Below, piece after piece: positions 12,805 through 25,960 of a stretch of 64,000 bases of DNA (its first letter is position 1; the number at the start of each line of letters is the position of its first letter). This stretch comes from Cycas panzhihuaensis (taxonomy: Eukaryota; Plantae; Cycadophyta), in the NCBI GenBank assembly GCA_023213395.1, contig CM041465.1, positions 220,913,741 through 220,977,740 of the forward strand. The letters are read 5' to 3'. The position numbers and the translations under genes are program-made. The notes under the pieces are model-generated. The model worked only from the letters and a program-made list of their open reading frames with translations. It had not been told where the DNA came from and ran no database searches.

Positions 12805-13180
12805 AAATCAACGACAGAATGTGGATGACACTTAGTTACGGTTGGTCATAATCAACGGGATGTGCATTGACCACTTAGTTACGGTTGAGTCAATTCAGCG
12901 GCGGGATGTGGATGACACTTAGTTCTGGTTGATCCAAATCAACGACAGGATGTGCATTGACCACTTAGTTCTGGTTGAGTCAATTCAACGACAGAATGTG
13001 CATTGACCACTTAGTTCTGGTTGAGTCAATTCAACGACAAGATGTGGATGACACTTAGTTCTGGTTGATCCAAATCAACGACAGGATGTGCATAGACCAC
13101 TGGATTCTGGTTGATCTCTTGTAGCAGTTGAAGGCCAAATCAACGACAGAATGTGCATAGCACCTAATTCTGGTTGATCA
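12805..13180 (+). repeat. 44-46 bp tandem array (about 8 units) TCAACGACAGGATGTG(G/C)..GAC(C)ACTTAGTTCTGGTTGA
   Basis: Repeats are directly visible and unit junctions form GTTGA-N6-TCAAC hairpins. A homologous shorter array lies at 34068-34305. Confidence 0.92.
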
Positions 13181-13475
13181 CTTGATGTGGATAGCTTACT
13201 CCACCAAGACGATATGCAAAGTAGCGATCCACGATTCGAGAAGCCATTTTGGGCTTAATCGACTTCTTTTGACTTCTTCAGTTGTTCTACTACAACAAGA
13301 TGCCTTCCAACTATCGAAGAATTGGAGTTCCATGATAGGTTCAAGCTTGTGGAAGATCACCATCATTCTATTCGACAGTATATGGAGTATGGCATGATTG
13401 AGTTAATATATTGTCCCTCAAGTTGTATTCTCACTTAGACTTTAAGTTGTGAGAAATTTTTTGAAAGACTTAGGA
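13136..13475 (+). pseudogene. Vestigial copia RNase H C-terminus in B1
   Basis: Frameshifted translation AFQLSKN-EFHDRFKLVEDHHHSIRQYMEYGMIELIYCPS..ILT*TL..EKF parallels AIKLSKNPVLHARTRHIEIHHHFIREKV..IDLTYCPT in element E. Confidence 0.8.
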
Positions 13476-13519
13476 CACTGATGTTTATGTAAGGAAATGA
13501 ACTTAACATTATGGGGGGG

Positions 13520-13884
13520 TGTTGGAATAATGTACATTCCCATTTACATGTCCATTTAAGTTCATTTCATGTCATTGAAATAATTGCTCACATGGAATAT
13601 TCTAGATGAGAATATTCTAGTGAGAGAAGATTCTTGGTCAAAGGTTCTAGAAGTCAAAGATGCTCAACCATTAATGAGTTAGTTTGAGCACACCAAAAAT
13701 CATGGGAGTAGTTGAACCAACTCCTATGTTTAGACATAGTGTAAAACTATAAATATGTATTTGTATCTTACATATTTTCTGAATGAGATTTGGAGAGTTG
13801 TGAGTCATTGTCGTATTGTCATTTCTTGTGTATGTCACATGTGCTTTATGACATGTCTCCAACTCATATCCTCTCATTCCAACA
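13520..13884 (+). repeat. 3' LTR of B1
   Basis: Near-identical to 10859-11223, preceded by the PPT and followed by TSD aatat. Confidence 0.96.
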
Positions 13885-15371
13885 AATATGAACACTTGAA
13901 GTGTTATTACAATGAACACTTTAATGAAGTGTAGTGCTTATGTAGATCCAAGTAAAAAACAGATGCTTGATTACAATGAATTTTGCGAAAAAGTACTTTG
14001 TAAATGTGTTTAAGTACTCAATGAAACAAAGCAAAACTTTGTGATGAAGATACAAATGTGTTCCTTTTAATGCTCAAAAGTGAAGGTAAAAGAGCCACTT
14101 GCCAAATAGGACACCAAGCACCAAGTGTTGCGACTTTAAAATAGTCCCAACGATAAAAAAGGAAGTGATTTTATTAAGTACAACGTATTTTTTGAGCCCT
14201 TTTTATGACTAAGGGCAATAGGTCACCATGCAAGGTGCCTTAAAAAGTGTTTGAAATAATGATAAATATCACTTTTACAATATGCAAATACTTAAAATCA
14301 CTTCACCTAAGCCAATTAACACTTATGCAACATTAATTAAGTGTTAAAAAAAGCTTAAAGAGCCAAAAACAAAGGCTGAAATTCAAAATTTTTTTTTTTT
14401 GGCAAATTTGAGCAGCAAGAACACCACGTAGGGAGCCTTGATTGACGACTTAAACCCAGAAATTTTAATATCCAGCCAACAATATTCAGAGAAATATTCT
14501 TAAAAGTATAACATAAGGTTCAAAAATCAAAATTTTGATTTGAATTTTTCAAAATAAAAAAAAAAGGTCGTTCATGGCAGCGTGACTTGGGCGACTCCCG
14601 TGGACACGCAAATGATGAGAACAGCGTGTAGAGACCTCTGTTTGTGCTGAAAATTCAGGAGGAGGGGTGCCCAAGTGGTATCCAACTCCCTCTAAAATAT
14701 CAAGGCTTTTCGTCAAGTGTGCAGAGAGCTGCAAGTAATTGAAGTTATGGCTGGTTACACGTCTTTGAGAAAGGAAAAGCGAGCCGTCAGAATCGCTCGT
14801 GGTTTTAAACCCTCGTATTAATCACTAAAACTCTTCCCTTAAGTGCATACAATGCATGCTAGGTCAGTATATGGACAGCCAGCTTGATATGAGAAAAAAG
14901 AGTGAAAAACAATAATTTTTTATGCTTTTTTAGTGGGGTTTCAAGGCTGAAAATGCCCAAAAATTGATCCACAGCCTGCAAGGGTCCTCAAACTTCAAAT
15001 AAATTCAGTCTGAGAGCTTCAAATGGCTAAAGAATAGCTCAACACCCAAATGTGAGAAAAAAATTAGCTAAAAAATGCAGATTTTAGTAAAAAAATTACA
15101 AAAAACGTGAGTAAACTTGCTCAAAACCCTTGAAGGTGATCTGAAAAATAAAAATAAAAAATAAAAAAATTTCAGATCTGAATATAGAGTGCTCTAGCCT
15201 TTCAATGCTGCTCCAGAAGCTTGAACCTGCAAGAAAATGGTCTCAAACAAACCTTGGATCACCTTCGAAAAGCGAAGGTCGTCACCAAGGGTTTGTAGGC
15301 TTTCTTCGAATCTCCTTGAGCAGCTACAAACAAAACAGAGGGAACTAGTCTCCTCTTGCTCTGATACCAAA

Positions 15372-15925
15372 TGTGAAAAGAGACTTAATGGCCTCACAGT
15401 CCCAAGATCTAGAAGCTAGGATCACTCTAGTTCTAGAAGCACAAATACTTAACAAATATAATACTCTCAAAGTAAAAGAAAGCATAAGAGACAAAGCATA
15501 AAATGAAGAAGCAAGAGAAATGATACCCAATGTGTGGAGTTGGAATTGGTCCAACCTCCAAAGAATAAACAGTTTAATTAGCAAACTAACAGCATAACAA
15601 TACAGCTCCAACTCTCTTATGAGACAATGAGAAGAGGTCTCATTATATAGAGTGAAATGAGAGACCTAAGGCCTTGGATGTTGGACAAGTGCCAAACATC
15701 CAAGATACATGCCTTGCATGTAAGACATGTGTCCTTTTGGACTCTCATGTGAACAAAAATGCATGAGGGTCCATTTGACCCTTTAGTGACAACGTTGTGT
15801 CACTAGAAAGAATGTGGGTGTGCACTTTATCACTTAAGTGATAAGTCACCCCTAAAGCACAAAAGTACACATATTACATAAAAATTAAAGTACATAACCT
15901 TAACATGTAAACATAAGGTTTAACA
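15372..15925 (-). repeat. 5' LTR of A2
   Basis: Adjacent PBS, and TSD gagta follows. Confidence 0.95.
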
Positions 15926-15930
15926 GAGTA

Positions 15931-16352
15931 CTTGTCCACAAAGTACATCAAATGGTAATTTTTTAATGTCAGGAGAGAGGGACACAATGGTTACAAATTT
16001 TTCAAAAGATCTTAATAGCTTGTTTAGCACAAGTTGAACCAATTCTTCATCATTTATGGTTATACTAGTAGTAGCTAGACTTTCACATAGATATTTAATC
16101 CTAGTAAGGAAACTTGTTAGATTTTTATTTTCATGCATTTTATCTCTATGTAATTCTTCCTTCAAAAATGAGATTCTAGCTACATTTTTTTGAACATACA
16201 ATGAAGCCAGAGTATTCCAAGCCTCATTAGCAATAGTGGCTTAGATTATGTGCAATAGAATGTGATATGCTATAGACAGAGTAATTGTTGCCAATGCATA
16301 TCGATCATATTCATCAAAGGCCTTTGCTTCATCTAGAATTATTGGTCTTGCA
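15931..16352 (-). pseudogene. Middle of the gag of C
   Basis: ORF 15920-16201 (ARISFLKEELH..FLTRIKYLCESL..DEELVQLVLNKL..FEKFV) is UBN2-like copia gag lying between the A2 and D TSDs. Confidence 0.85.
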
Positions 16353-16589
16353 TGTTAAACTTTAGACATAGATGGATGAAAATAACTTCCTTGATTTTAT
16401 TATGAGGGATATAGTCTCTTCAAATATAGATGAATAAATGTAACTGATACATGTACATATGACATATGTCAGACAAATGTTTAAGTTACATCACAAGTTA
16501 CATAAAGAGAAATTAAGACATTACCCTCAAAATACCCTTTAGGACAAAACATTATATCTTAACACCCTCTCTTAATGTTTTATCCTTTT

Positions 16590-18128
16590 AATCCTATTCG
16601 ATTTCTAAGTATTTAAAATCTATCCTTGCTGAGAAGCTTTGTTAAGATATCTACAACTTGCTCATTTCTAGGACACTATGCCAAGTCTATTTCTTTGTTC
16701 TACGCTTTTCTCGTATAAAATAATGATACACCTCAATGTGTTTTGTTCGTGCATGAAGAATAGGGTTCTTGGTTAATTTTATGGCACTCTAATTGTCACA
16801 AAATAGAGTTGTTGGCCCTTGTTGCTATTGATTCAGATCTAATAGTAATTGCCTCAACCAGACTGCTTCACAAGTAGCATTGACAACTGACTTGTATTTA
16901 GCTTCAATGGATGAAAGTGCGATTGTCGATTGTCTTTTGCTACTCCAAGAGATAGCCACTAGTCCCAAGACGAAGTAGTGTCCAATTGTGGATCTCCTCT
17001 TTTCTTTATCTCCAATCCAGTCTGAGTCACAAAACCCAATTAACTTGTCTGATTTCATTTTTGGATAGACAAGTTTCAAATCAATTGTTCCTTCTAAATA
17101 TCTCAGTATCCTCTTGGCAACCTTCCAATTTCTTGTGTTGGGTTCTTGCATGTATCTTGAAACTAGACCTACAGAGTATGAGATGTCAAGTCCAGTTGCT
17201 TTGAGATAAATCAAACTTCCAATCAATTGTCTGTACAGAATTACTTCTACTTCAATTTCTCCTTCGCCTGGAACCAGGTCACAATTAATTTCCATGGGAG
17301 TTGCACAATTGTTGCAATCTTCCATTTGAAATCTAGTTAGCAAATTTTTTATGTATTTGCTTTGGGACAATATAATTGATTCTCCGGTTTAATTGACTTC
17401 TATTCCCAAGTAGCAACTTAGAAGTCACAAGTTCATCATTTCAAAACTTTTTTCTAACAAACTTTTTATACTTGATACAGATTCTACATCACTCCCTGTG
17501 ATAATCATATCATCCACATAAACCACATTTGTTGTGATTAGCGCCCCGTTTTTTTGTGGATAGACTAGAATCTGAGTTGCATAGAAGAAAACCATTTTGT
17601 GAAAAATTTATCCAATTTGGCGTACCAGGCTCTTGGAGCTTGCTTTAACCCATATAGTGCCTTCTTTAATTTGCATACTAGATTTTCTTGACCCTTTTTA
17701 ATGTAACCTTTTGACTGTCTCATGTAGACTTTTTCTTCTAGCTCACCATTTAAGAAAGCACTTTTTACATCCAACTGATAAATTTTCCAATCATTTTAAG
17801 CTGCTAAAGCAATTGTTGTTCTTACAGTGTCAAGTTTGGCAACCGGTGAGAATGTTTCATCGAAGTCTATCCCTATTGTTTGGGTGTAACCCTTTGCTAC
17901 AAGTCTGGCCTTATGTTTTTCTATCCTGCCATCAACATTCTCCTTTATTTTGTATATCCACTTACAATTAACCACTGACTTGTCATTGGGCGAATTGTCC
18001 AACTCCCAAGTTTGATTTTTGGTGATTGATTCCATTTCAGCATCCATTGTTGCTTGTCATTCTGCATGTTCCTTTGCTTCTTCAAAGGATTGTGATTCTA
18101 TGTTGCTAAATAATGCTTGATGCTTCTG
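16590..18128 (-). pseudogene. RT and RNase H of D
   Basis: ORFs 17796-18047 ([19 protein letters not shown]), 17565-17774 ([21 protein letters not shown]) and 16825-17370 (DSDWIGD..RRST). Confidence 0.93.
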
Positions 18129-18133
18129 TCTTC

Positions 18134-21100
18134 TGCTAGAACGTAATGTTTTATCCTAGGAAGTCTAAAGGGGTAATAGACCCCTCAAAAATGTAACTTA
18201 TAAATGTATGTAGGACATGTCTGACAAGTGTCATATTTTCATGTTACGATTACAATTAATTTCTTGGGGGTTACAAACCCTACTTGAATATATTCAGGAG
18301 TTCACTCCTCAATAGTCAATCAAGCATTCTTCTTCCATCTCAAGGTTATTTCCTAACATGGTATCAGAGCAGGTCGTCCTGCCTGAGAGAGGGTTTTTGA
18401 ACCTGTGAAAGAAGGAAGCATCCAGTCAAGGACAAGATAACAAGTCAGACTGAGAAGAAGAAGCCAGAGTCAGGCAAAGACAACAGTTTGCAGACTATGA
18501 GAGATAAGAAACAAGTGAAAGAGGAGAGAGAAAACATCTCCAAAAGGTGTACAGAACTAGTGTACAATACTATGCGGCTATACGAACAAGAAAAAATCAA
18601 GGTTCTTAAAATGAGATAAAATTTGGCCAGAAGTTAGATCACATCCCTCCCCGTCAATATTCTCTTTTGCGTCAAGGTCATCCAAGGTCATTTTTGGTCA
18701 ATGTGTGCAGGTTTGGAGAAAGAGGTACTTATTTCTCAATATTTTCCTTCGATTTTATGCTGGAAATTAGTCAAGAAACCTCTGTACTTGACGTTCAATC
18801 AGTTTGGAACTCTTCTGAATAAATTTTTATGGAGCATTTTTTTAATCTAAGTGGATTTATGAAAAACCCTAGCTACCCTCTTTCACCTTGCAGGCTAAAT
18901 ATCTCTTAAACCAAAGATTGTTTTGGAAAAATACTTTCAGATTAGTGATCTCCTCATCAATACCTTTCATTTGAGGTACCTCTTGATCTCATTCGTACAG
19001 TTCGAGTAACGTATGGAATTCTGTACCATTGTACGATCTAGGGTTTGAACTTGCTGTTTTTTAAAATTAAAAATGGCTTCTTCGATTCTTGTTCTTTCTG
19101 ATACAAACAAACTTAAAGGCAGTAACTATCATGTCTGGAAGATAAAAATAGAGACATTATTAAGAGCCATGAATGCATGGAGGATTGCAACTGGGCAAGA
19201 AGCAAAACCTGGTATAGCAGGACCAAACCTAACAAGCTAGGAAGAAAGGGATAGTGCAAGAGTCACTCTCAATATCAGATCCTCTCCTTATATATATAGA
19301 AAAATTGACCTCCACTTATGAAATCTGAAAGTGCTTTGAAAATTTATATGGGCAAAAGAATAAGGCTAGAATAGTTGCCTTGAAAGAAGAACTGTTTAAG
19401 CTTCATATGAAAGAAACAGAAACAGTGACCGAATTCATCCACAAAGTTATTTCCTTGAGAAAGGACCTTTCAAGTGTAGGTGCAGTCATCACAAACCAAG
19501 AGTTAGTAAAAATGGTAGCCAACCAACTTCCTTAGTCATTCGATGTAACCATAAACACAATAACCAACAATGATCAGATTGCAACAATGACCTTGAACAT
19601 GTTCACTAGGTTGTTGCTAAGACAAGAATAGAGAAATAAGAGATATGAAGACTCTAGAGAACTAGAAGATGTATTCGTTTCCCGACTAAACTTGGGGCCA
19701 AGAGGGCGAAGCAGAGGAAGAGGATGAACTCCAGAAGCAAGGACTCCTTCACGAGGCAGATGGGAAGACACCAGAGGTCAATGACATTTAACAACACCAA
19801 GAATTTGTTACAATTGTGGTAAGATAGGTCATTTTGCAAGTTCATGTAAAACTTTTGATCTGTGCTATCACTGTGGACAACGAAGACACTACCCCTACCA
19901 GTGTCCTCAAAGGAGGACAGGCATCCAGAGAGGAAAACGTCCAATCGGAAACTAGAAGGAGCAAACAAACGAAGATGAGGAAGAAGATATTGCCTTCATT
20001 ATTGCTCTCAATGCAAGTCTCCACGACAAAGACATATGGTATATTGATTCAGGAGCATCCTAACACATGACTAGCAGAGAAGACTAGTTTGAGACACTCT
20101 AGCCATACACATCAGATAGATCAGTGGAACTAGGAGACAAAGACCCCCCTTAATATAAAGGGAGTAGGAACAATAGTTATCAAGCTGCAAGGCAACATCG
20201 GAAAGATTAGAAATGTACTTTTAGTCCCTGACTTCAAAATGAATCTTCTTTCTGTCTCTTAACTTAGCAAGAAAAAGCTAAGGATTGTCTTTGATGAAAA
20301 GGGGTCATGTTACATCCTTGACATGAAAAATAATGGCAATGTAATCACAAGGGAGTAGAAAGTAATGACTTATATAGGCTACTTTCCCACCCCATGTTCT
20401 ATGATGTAAAAGCTTGTACAGTTATAAATCTTAATGAGAATGACAAACTGTGGCACTTGAAGTATGGACACCTCCCCATGGAAAAACTAAAGTCAATGAA
20501 GAAGGAAGGGTTAGTTAATGATCTTTCTTCTATCACATCTGATAACTTTGTTTGTAAAAACTATCAATCTGAAAAACAACATAGGCTACCTTTTAAAGAA
20601 AACAAATGGCGAGCTAAAAAAAAGTTGGAATTAATACACACCAACATATGTGGACCTCTCACTCCACATTCAATCAATGGTTATAGATATTTTCTTACAT
20701 TTATTGATGATCTCACTAGGAAAATATGGGTCTGCTTTCTCCAAAACAAATCAGAAGTGTTTGACAACTTTAAAGAATTCAATGTTGAAGTATAACTAGA
20801 ATATGGGGAGAAGATAAAATACATAAGATCTGATGGTGGAGGAGAATATATTTCAAAGGAATTCCTGAACTATTGTAAAGTAAATAGAATTCGTAGACAA
20901 TTCACAACCCCATATACTCCTCAATCTAATGGGGTTGCAAAAAAGAAAAACAAAGCCATTATGGAAATGGCACAATGCATGGTTCGTGAAGAAAAGATCC
21001 CTAAATCTTACTGGGTTGAACCAATAAACACATCATGTTATCTGCTAAATCGAAGTCCAACAAAGGCACTAGATCTTCTTACCCCAGAAGAAGCCTGGAC

Positions 21101-23410
21101 AAGGAGAAAACCAGATGTAAGACATCTGAGGGTATTTGGATGCCAAGCATTTGTCCATATCCCTAACAAGAAAAGAACAAAGCTTGACTCAAAAAGTCTT
21201 GAGTGTATCACGATTGATTACAACAAGAATTCGAAAGCTTATAAATGCATAGATTCAAAAACCACCAAGATCTATGTAAGCAGAGATATCATATTCAATG
21301 AAAAAGAAGTAGAAGAAGATAAAAATCAAATTAAAATAATTGATGATGCACCTCAAGTTATTTCTCAAGAAATTCCTATCGAAGAAGCATATGGCCTAAC
21401 TTCAGAAAACATCTCAGAAGATTCAACCTCACCATAGACTTTAAATGAAGCTTCCCCATCAGAAGAGGAAGAATCATCTCCACATGAAGTCTCCTTATCG
21501 GAAGAGAAAGAAACATCTCTAGAAGAATCAAGAATTTAAGAAGAATCGAAGAAGGAGAAAAAGCTACCCAGATGGTACCTCAAAACTGTCGAGGAAGGAA
21601 AAGGAGATATACTTCCTCATAGGACAAGAAGCCAGAGACACAGAGCATTGTACAGTAACATAGAACCGCAATCATTTGTAGAGGCAAAGGAGCAAATCGA
21701 ATGGAGAAAACCGTGGACACTGAGATAGAATCCATCGTCAAAAATCAAACTTGGAAATTGGTTGAATTAGCACCCAGCAAACCAGTGATCAACTGCACAT
21801 AGATCTACAAGATAAAGGAAGGAGCCAATGGAAACATTGAAAAGTACAAAACAAAACTTGTTGCAAAGGGCTACACTCAAACAACTGGGGTAGACTATGA
21901 AGAAACATTTTCACCTGTAGCCAAATTAAACATAATAAGAGCAGTGATAGCATTGGCAACATAAAAAAAATGGAAAATATACCAACTAAATATCAAAAGT
22001 GCCTTTTAAAATAGTGAAATAGAAGAAGTCTACACGAAACAACCAAAAGGCTATACTAAAAAAGGGCAAGAACACTTGGTCTGCAGGGTGGAAAAGGCAC
22101 TATATGGACTAAAACAGTGCTCCACGTACTTGATATGCAAAATTGGACAACTATCTCTACCAAAATGGATTCCATAGGTGCAACTCAGATGTAAAGAACA
22201 GAAATGGGTTGATCGCCATAATTGCAGTATATGTAGATGATATGATTCTCACCGGAGATGACGAAGAATCGATCTCAAACATAAAAGGTCAACTTGAAAG
22301 TAAATTTGAAATGCCTAATATGGGCCTCCTAAATTATTATCTAGGGATAAAAATTGACCAAAAGAAGACTCAATCACTCTGTGTCAAAGCAAGTACATCA
22401 AAGACTTGCTAACAAAATTTCAAATGGAGGATTGCAATCCATGTGCAACCCCCATGAAAGTGAATTATAACTTGGTGACTAACAAGAAAGAGCCTTAGGC
22501 TAATGCCACTATGTATAGATAGCTTATTAGGAGTTTGATCTATCTTACTGCCACCAGACCTAACATCTCATACTATGTAAGTCTAATATCAAGATACATG
22601 CAGGAGCCCAAAGTAAAACATTGATGAGCAACAAAAAGAATATTAAGATACTTAAGAGGAACAATCAAATTGAAGCTGATATATCCAAAGGAAGAATCAC
22701 TTCAGTTAACAGGATTCTACAATTCAGACTGGGCAAGAGACAAAAAAGGAAAGAAAATCTACAAGTGGATATTGCTTCTTCCTAAGCACTACACCAATCT
22801 CTTGAAATAGTAAAAAGCAGACAACAGTAGCCCTATCATCAACAGAAGTTGAGTACAAATTAGCAGTTAGTGCAGCCACTGAAACAATTTCGCTAAGACA
22901 GCTTTTGACAAATCTAAATCAACATCAACAAGGGCCAACAACACTGAATTGTGACAATCAAAGTGCAATTAAATTAAGCAAGAATCCAGTTCTTCATGCC
23001 CGGACAAGGCACATCGAAATTCATCATCATTTCATTCGAGAGAAAGTTCAAAGCAAGGAGATTGATTTGACCTACTGTCCAACATGAGAATAAGTGGCAG
23101 ACATATTGACAAAACCACTTGGAAAAGACAAATTTCAAATCCTTAGGGATAAGATAAGATTAAAGAGATAAAACATTAGGAGAGGGTGTTAAAATGTAAT
23201 GTTTATCCTAGAAAGTCTAAAGGGGTAACAGACCTCTCAACAATGTAACTTATAAATGTATGTAAGACGTGTCTGACAAGTGTCACATTTTTATGTTACG
23301 GTTACAGTTATTTTCTTAAAGGTTACAAACCCTAATTATATATATTCAAGAGTTCACTCCTCAATAATCAATCAAGCATTCTTCTTCCATCTTAAGGTTA
23401 TTTCCTAATA
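18134..23410 (+). mobile_element. Ty1/copia element E, related to D, inserted antisense in the INT-RT linker of D
   Basis: LTRs 18134-18358 and 23187-23410. Perfect TSD TCTTC. PBS TGGTATCAGAGC at 18359-18370. PPT aggagaggg at 23178-23186. Confidence 0.95.
19073..23165 (+). pseudogene. Decayed gag-pol of E
   Basis: Starts MASSILVLSDTNKLKGSNYHVWKIKIETLL. Knuckle CYNCGKIGH and protease WYIDSGAS. Integrase ORFs 20394-20795 and 20961-21437, RT YVDD (22143-22412), RNase H CDNQSAIKLSKNPV (22905-23087). Confidence 0.94.
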
Positions 23411-23415
23411 TCTTC

Positions 23416-25960
23416 TTGTCCTGTGTGTAAACAAATCTCCCTTTGCTATCTTCAATAGTTTTAATGTGCCATTTTGGTACTCTCTTTTCCTTCTTCTTTT
23501 CTTCTGTGACTGATTCCTCAAGGGAAAATTCTTCTCCTTCAGAGGCCAAGCTTTCATGAAGTAGAGGTGTTGTTTCTAACTCTTCTATGTCATCTTGGCC
23601 TATATCCTCTGATGTTATTCCAGAGATTTCTTTTATTGGAGGTTCTTGCGATATCCCTTTTGATGCTTCTTCAATTACCTGAGGTGAAGAATGAATTTCA
23701 GTGACATCTCCTTCATTAAAAATGACATCTCTGCTTATATAGATCTTATTAGTTTTCGAATCTATACATTTGTAGACTTTTGAATTTTTACTATAGCCTA
23801 TCATAATACAATATATACTTTTGGAGTCAACTTTGGATCTCCTTTTGTCTGATATATGAACAAAAACTTGACATCCAAATATTTTCAAATAACTTACATC
23901 TAGTTTTTGTCCTGTCCAAACTTCTTCTAGAGTAACTTGTTCCAAAATCTTTGTTGGACTTTGATTTATCAAGTAGCAGACCGTACTTACTACTTCTGCC
24001 TAGTAAATTTTTGAAACTTGTCTGTCATGGATCATGCAGCGAGCCATCTCCATAATAGTTCTATTTTTCCGTTCAACTACCCCATTGGATTGAGGTGTGT
24101 AGGGAGTTGTAAATTGTCTGTGTATTCCATGTACTTTACAAAAATTCAAGAATTCCTTTGAAATGTATTCTCCCCCACCATTTGATCTAATACATTTTAT
24201 TTTTGACCCTAATTCCAACTCGACTTCAATTTTAGATTCGTTGAATGCTTCAAAGACCTCTAATTTATTATAGAGAAAATAAACCCACACTTTCCTAGAA
24301 AAACCATCAATGAATGTTAAAAAATATCTAGAGCCATTGATTGAATGAGGAGTGAGAGATCCACATAGGTCTGTATGTATTAATTCTAATTTATTTTGAG
24401 CTTTCCATTCATTTTTTTTTAAAGAAAGACGTTGTTTTCCAAGTTAACATCCTTTTCAAACAAAATGATCAAATGTAATATTGGAAAGTCCATCAACCAT
24501 TCCTATTTTATGCATCATTTCTAATCTATCTAAGGAGACATGCTCGTACTTCAAATGCCACAGTTTATTATTGATGTCAAAATTTACAACAGTGAGTGCC
24601 TTTACGTCCTTTGTAATTATGGGATTAGAAAGTAACATGTACAGGTCATTATTTTCTCTCTTTACCAATCATAGCACCATCATTTTTCGTATCTAAGATA
24701 TAGCAGTACCCTTCCTCATCAAATGTAGTTCTCAACCTTTTCTTTCTAAGCTGAGAGACCGAGAGGAGGTTCTTTTTCAAGCCTGGTACAAAAAACGCAT
24801 TTCCAATTTTCTGCACATTGCCCTTTAATTTGACAGCTATGATCTCGATTCCCTTAATATTTAGAGGATACTTGTCCCTGAGTTCAACGGATTTATTGAG
24901 GGAATAAGTTTAAATGACTCAAACCAATCTTCCCAACCTATCATGTGTCGTGAGGCTCCAGAGTCTATGTATCATACGTCTTCATCTTCCAGGCTAGCAA
25001 TAAGAGCGACAATGAAGATTGTCTCCTCTTCATCCTCATCTATTTGTTCGTTGTTGTAGTTTCCTACATGTCGCTTCCCTCTCTGGATTTCAACTCTCCT
25101 TTGTGTGCACTGATAGGAGTAGTGCCCAGGCTGCCTGCAATAATAACATACATCAAATGCTCTGCAGTTGCTAGAAAAGTAACCAAGCTTCCCGCAGTTA
25201 AAACAAACCCTTGCATCTCTTGGAGGATTTGAGCGTCCTCATCCTCTGCTTTCTTGCCACCTTCCTCAGTATGGGCTTATGAATTCTAGAGCTTGTCCAC
25301 GACCATGAGATTGACCTCAACCTCTAGGTCCTATATTTAGTTTTGTCACAGAGGCATCTTCTATTTCAACCACGTCTTTATACTATTTGTTTCTCTGCTC
25401 CTGTCTTAGCAATAACCTAGTTAGAGCATCAAGAGACATTGTGTCAATTTGATTATTGTTGGTTATTGTATTAAGCATGACATCGAACGATTTTGGGAGC
25501 TTACTTGCTATCATTTCTACAACTTCTTGTTCTGTAATGCTTGCTCTTGCACTCATAAGACCATTTCTAACTAAGATGACTTTGTGTATGAACTCTAATA
25601 CAGCATCAGTTTCCTTCATGTGTAATTTGTACAATTCTTCTTTGAGTGCTATGATCCTAGCCTTGTTTTTCAGAGTTACATATTTGAAAACATGCTCTAG
25701 ATTGCAGAGGATGAATTTAATTTTTCAACATAGATAAGGAGAGGATCAGAAATGAAGAGCTTTAAAACTATTACCCCTGCATTATCTCTTTCTTTCCAAC
25801 TAGTTAGAGCAAGCCTAGCTACAGTCGGTTTTGTTTCGGTACTTGTGACTATTGTCCAGACATTTTTTGCCCTTAACAAGGTCTCTACCTTGATTTTCCA
25901 TACATGATAGTTGGTATCTGTGAGTTTGTCTTGATTAGCCAAGGCCAAGATTAATGAAGT
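23416..25960 (-). pseudogene. gag, protease and integrase of D
   Basis: ORFs 25697-25948 (DKLTDTNYHVWKIKVETLL), 25383-25634, 24000-24290 (GGGEY..TPYTPQSNGVVERKNRT) and 23361-23972. Confidence 0.93.

Larger units (their letters stand above)
10859..13884 (+). mobile_element. Non-autonomous LTR retrotransposon B1 (3026 bp, large-TRIM/LARD-like), very recent insertion in the A2 leader
   Basis: 365-bp LTRs at 10859-11223 and 13520-13884, with one difference seen by eye. Perfect TSD AATAT. PBS TGGTATCAGAGC at 11224-11235. G7 PPT at 13513-13519. No intact ORF. Confidence 0.96.
5567..15925 (-). mobile_element. Full-length Ty1/copia element A2 inserted in the gag of C
   Basis: LTRs 5567-6118 and 15372-15925. 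Perfect TSD GAGTA (5562-5566, 15926-15930). PPT from 6119. PBS gctctgatacca at 15358-15369. Confidence 0.96.

Noticed and set aside
12805-13180. CRISPR-like appearance of the palindromic repeat array (also 496-768)
   Set aside because: There are no unique spacers and no cas genes, and the array lies inside a plant retroelement. These are plain tandem repeats.
1266-15611. Recurrent hydrophobic ORFs LLIKLFILWRLDQFQLH (1295-1498, 5540-5821, 15345-15611) and RGYELETCHK (11010-11216, 13671-13919)
   Set aside because: They recur only because the LTRs are repeated, and the A-LTR versions differ in start and end among copies.
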